Assembly: GCA_033762115.1 (NCBI GenBank)
Contig: JANRLX010000019.1
Span: 1 to 64,000, forward strand
DNA: 64,000 bases
Direction of reading: 5' to 3'
Origin: Verrucomicrobiota bacterium
Lineage (GTDB): Bacteria > Verrucomicrobiota > Verrucomicrobiia > Limisphaerales > SXQI01
The notes under the pieces were generated by a model that was not told the origin of the DNA, ran no database searches, and saw only the letters and a program-made list of their open reading frames with translations. The position numbers and the translations under genes are program-made. This document shows positions 62,397 through 64,000 of the stretch, one piece after another. Numbering within the stretch: the stretch's first letter is position 1; every line of letters begins with the position of its first letter.

Positions 62397-63401
62397 ATGA
62401 ACATCTCCCTACAATCCGTTTCACAACTGGCCGGGATCACCCTCGCCAATGACCGATCACCTCTCGATAACGGCCTTCAATTGCCGGGGCAGGTCTGCCT
62501 CGCCAATGAATCCCGTTTCATGAGCAGCTACTTCTCAGACCCGCTCACCGCCTACGCCACCGGCTGGCGCGACCCCAACGGCATCGAGGCCACCCTCGAT
62601 TTCATCGCCCCTCCCGTCCAGGTTGGCCGCAGGTTCGAATACAAAAAATCCGAACACACCGAGGCTTTCCTCTCCGATGGTGACGATGGACGCCAGATCG
62701 GTGCCGACTTCAAACATATCGAATTCCGCGGCTCCACCGTGAATGAGAAAACCAACAACCGCGGACTGACCATTCGTGTGGACCTCGACCAGGTCGGCAA
62801 CATGCCGAACTGGCGCGAGGTTTACACCAGTCGTTTGCTCCAGCGCCTCCTCCGCAACGAACTCCGCCGCGCGGTCAACACCATCTCCGCTGCCGCCTCC
62901 TCCACCGCCAAAACCTGGGACACCACAGCGGGCAAGGACCCGGACAACGACATCCTTGCTGACCTCCTCGCCGCCGCGGATGACAGCGGCCTTCGACCCA
63001 ATCGCATCCTCTTCGGCGACCTCGCCTGGCACAAACGCATCATGTCCCATCGCGCCCAGGCCACTGCCGGTGGCTACGCCTCTGCCGCCCTCACCCCTGT
63101 CGAACTCGCAGGGTTCCTCGGCGTTGATGGCGTCATGATCTCCCGCGAACGTTACCAGGCCGGCCCCGCCACAAAGGGCAAAATCGTCCCTGACATCGTT
63201 CTCGGCTTCTACGGCGAGGATGGCTTGACCCCGGAAGATCCCAGCAACTGCAAACGCTTCTGGAGCGCCGTCGAGGGTGGCGGCAAATACCGCGTCTATG
63301 AACAACCCATCAGCGCCAAACTCATCGACCTCACCGTCGAGCATTACAGCAACGTCATCATCACCTCCACCATCGGCCTCCGCAAGCTGACCATCACCTG
63401 A
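62397..63401 (+). CDS. Major capsid protein (HK97-fold type, inferred)
   Basis: 334 aa from ATG 62397; 'DPLTAYATGW', 'DFIAPPVQV', 'DPDNDI', 'GLRPNRILFG'; position after protease and cement genes. Confidence 0.72.
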   Translation: MNISLQSVSQLAGITLANDRSPLDNGLQLPGQVCLANESRFMSSYFSDPLTAYATGWRDPNGIEATLDFIAPPVQVGRRFEYKKSEHTEAFLSDGDDGRQIGADFKHIEFRGSTVNEKTNNRGLTIRVDLDQVGNMPNWREVYTSRLLQRLLRNELRRAVNTISAAASSTAKTWDTTAGKDPDNDILADLLAAADDSGLRPNRILFGDLAWHKRIMSHRAQATAGGYASAALTPVELAGFLGVDGVMISRERYQAGPATKGKIVPDIVLGFYGEDGLTPEDPSNCKRFWSAVEGGGKYRVYEQPISAKLIDLTVEHYSNVIITSTIGLRKLTIT

Positions 63402-63417
63402 TCAACCCATCATCACC

Positions 63418-63446
63418 GGGCCGGGGGGCTTCCTGTTCCCCGGCCC
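63418..63446 (+). terminator. GC-rich stem-loop after the capsid gene (attenuator or mRNA stabiliser)
   Basis: gggccgggg...ccccggccc inverted repeat followed by 'attt'. Confidence 0.55.
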
Positions 63447-63459
63447 ATTTATAAAATTT

Positions 63460-64000
63460 ATGAACCTGCTCACCTCTCTTAATTATATCCCTGTCAAACG
63501 CTACCAGCCGGAAACACTCGATTATAAAAATCGCATCCTTGCCAATGGTGGTGCCATCTCCTCGCGCTCCCTCGATGCCATTGAAAAATTCATCCAGGAT
63601 TGCAAGGAGGATTCCATCTGGAACCTCCTCATCGAAGTCGCCCCCTTCGCCGGGGACAACCTCAACGCTGCCCTTGTCAAACTCCGTCACGCAGGCGCCT
63701 CCACCCTCCTCAACTTCAACTTCGTTTCCGGCGATTACATCGAACGCGGCCCCACTGCCGGCCTCCTCGGCGACGGTGCCACCAAATACCTCAGCAGCGG
63801 TTTCAGCGCCCAGTCACTTCCCGATAATTCACACCTCTCCTTCTACCTTCGGGACGACCTCCTCGCCACCGGCAATCGGGCCATGGCAGGCGCTCTGGCC
63901 GGGTCTGATCAATACTGGCTCGGCTCCCTCACACCTGCCTCCAGTGTCGATGTCCGCCTCGGGCAGTCACTCACCGCCAACGCCTCACAACCGCTCACCA
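63460..64000 (+). CDS. Hypothetical virion-associated protein (3' truncated by window; absent from ORF track)
   Basis: Open from ATG 63460 (MNLLTSLNYIPVKRYQPETLDYKNRILANGGAIS...GLLGDGATKYLSSGF...) to window end; AT-rich leader; same codon style as the capsid gene. Confidence 0.75.
   Translation, partial: MNLLTSLNYIPVKRYQPETLDYKNRILANGGAISSRSLDAIEKFIQDCKEDSIWNLLIEVAPFAGDNLNAALVKLRHAGASTLLNFNFVSGDYIERGPTAGLLGDGATKYLSSGFSAQSLPDNSHLSFYLRDDLLATGNRAMAGALAGSDQYWLGSLTPASSVDVRLGQSLTANASQPLT

Larger units (their letters stand above)
58737..64000. mobile_element. Phage-derived head module with divergent repressor (GTA-like element or cryptic prophage; extends beyond window)
   Basis: Repressor divergent from portal-protease-cement-capsid-ORF; no integrase, transposase or att site visible at the left border. 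Confidence 0.7.

Noticed and set aside
62397..63401. Capsid gene as an encapsulin nanocompartment
   Set aside because: It is accompanied by portal, prohead protease and cement genes, which encapsulin operons lack; no cargo enzyme is adjacent.
1..64000. CRISPR array, tRNA, rRNA or IS element
   Set aside because: No regularly spaced repeats, cloverleaf or rRNA-like segments, or transposase ORFs were seen; intergenic gaps are short.

Overview
64 kb of bacterial chromosome, probably Verrucomicrobiota (Pedosphaera/Limisphaera-like). That assignment is inferred from gene content and protein style, not from a marker gene. Most of the window is housekeeping: gyrB-gyrA, a stand-alone C-terminal half of carB, nrdR, hisF/hisI, trpE, mutL, hemB, system II cytochrome c biogenesis, dnaE, topoisomerase III, xerC and thiS. 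It also holds a 2141-aa secreted multidomain protein, a fliW-csrA-flagellin operon with a sigma54-type promoter, a cheR-cheD-HDOD-cheB operon with a sigma28-type promoter, a CHASE-LOV hybrid kinase whose LOV domain lacks the conserved Gln, and a partial type II secretion cluster. The most unusual element is at the right end (58.7-64 kb): a RecA-cleavable CI/LexA-like repressor directly divergent from an intact, compact Mu-like head operon (portal, protease/scaffold, DUF2190 cement, major capsid, then a further ORF). No integrase, transposase, replication or terminase genes lie on the visible side, and codon usage matches the host neighbourhood. It is a candidate domesticated, GTA-like capsid system, and its proteins share a recurring L-[A/S]-N motif that may mark maturation cleavage sites. 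The element runs off the window, so its full content is unknown. GC skew on the + strand flips from G-rich to C-rich across the window. No rRNA, tRNA or CRISPR array was seen.
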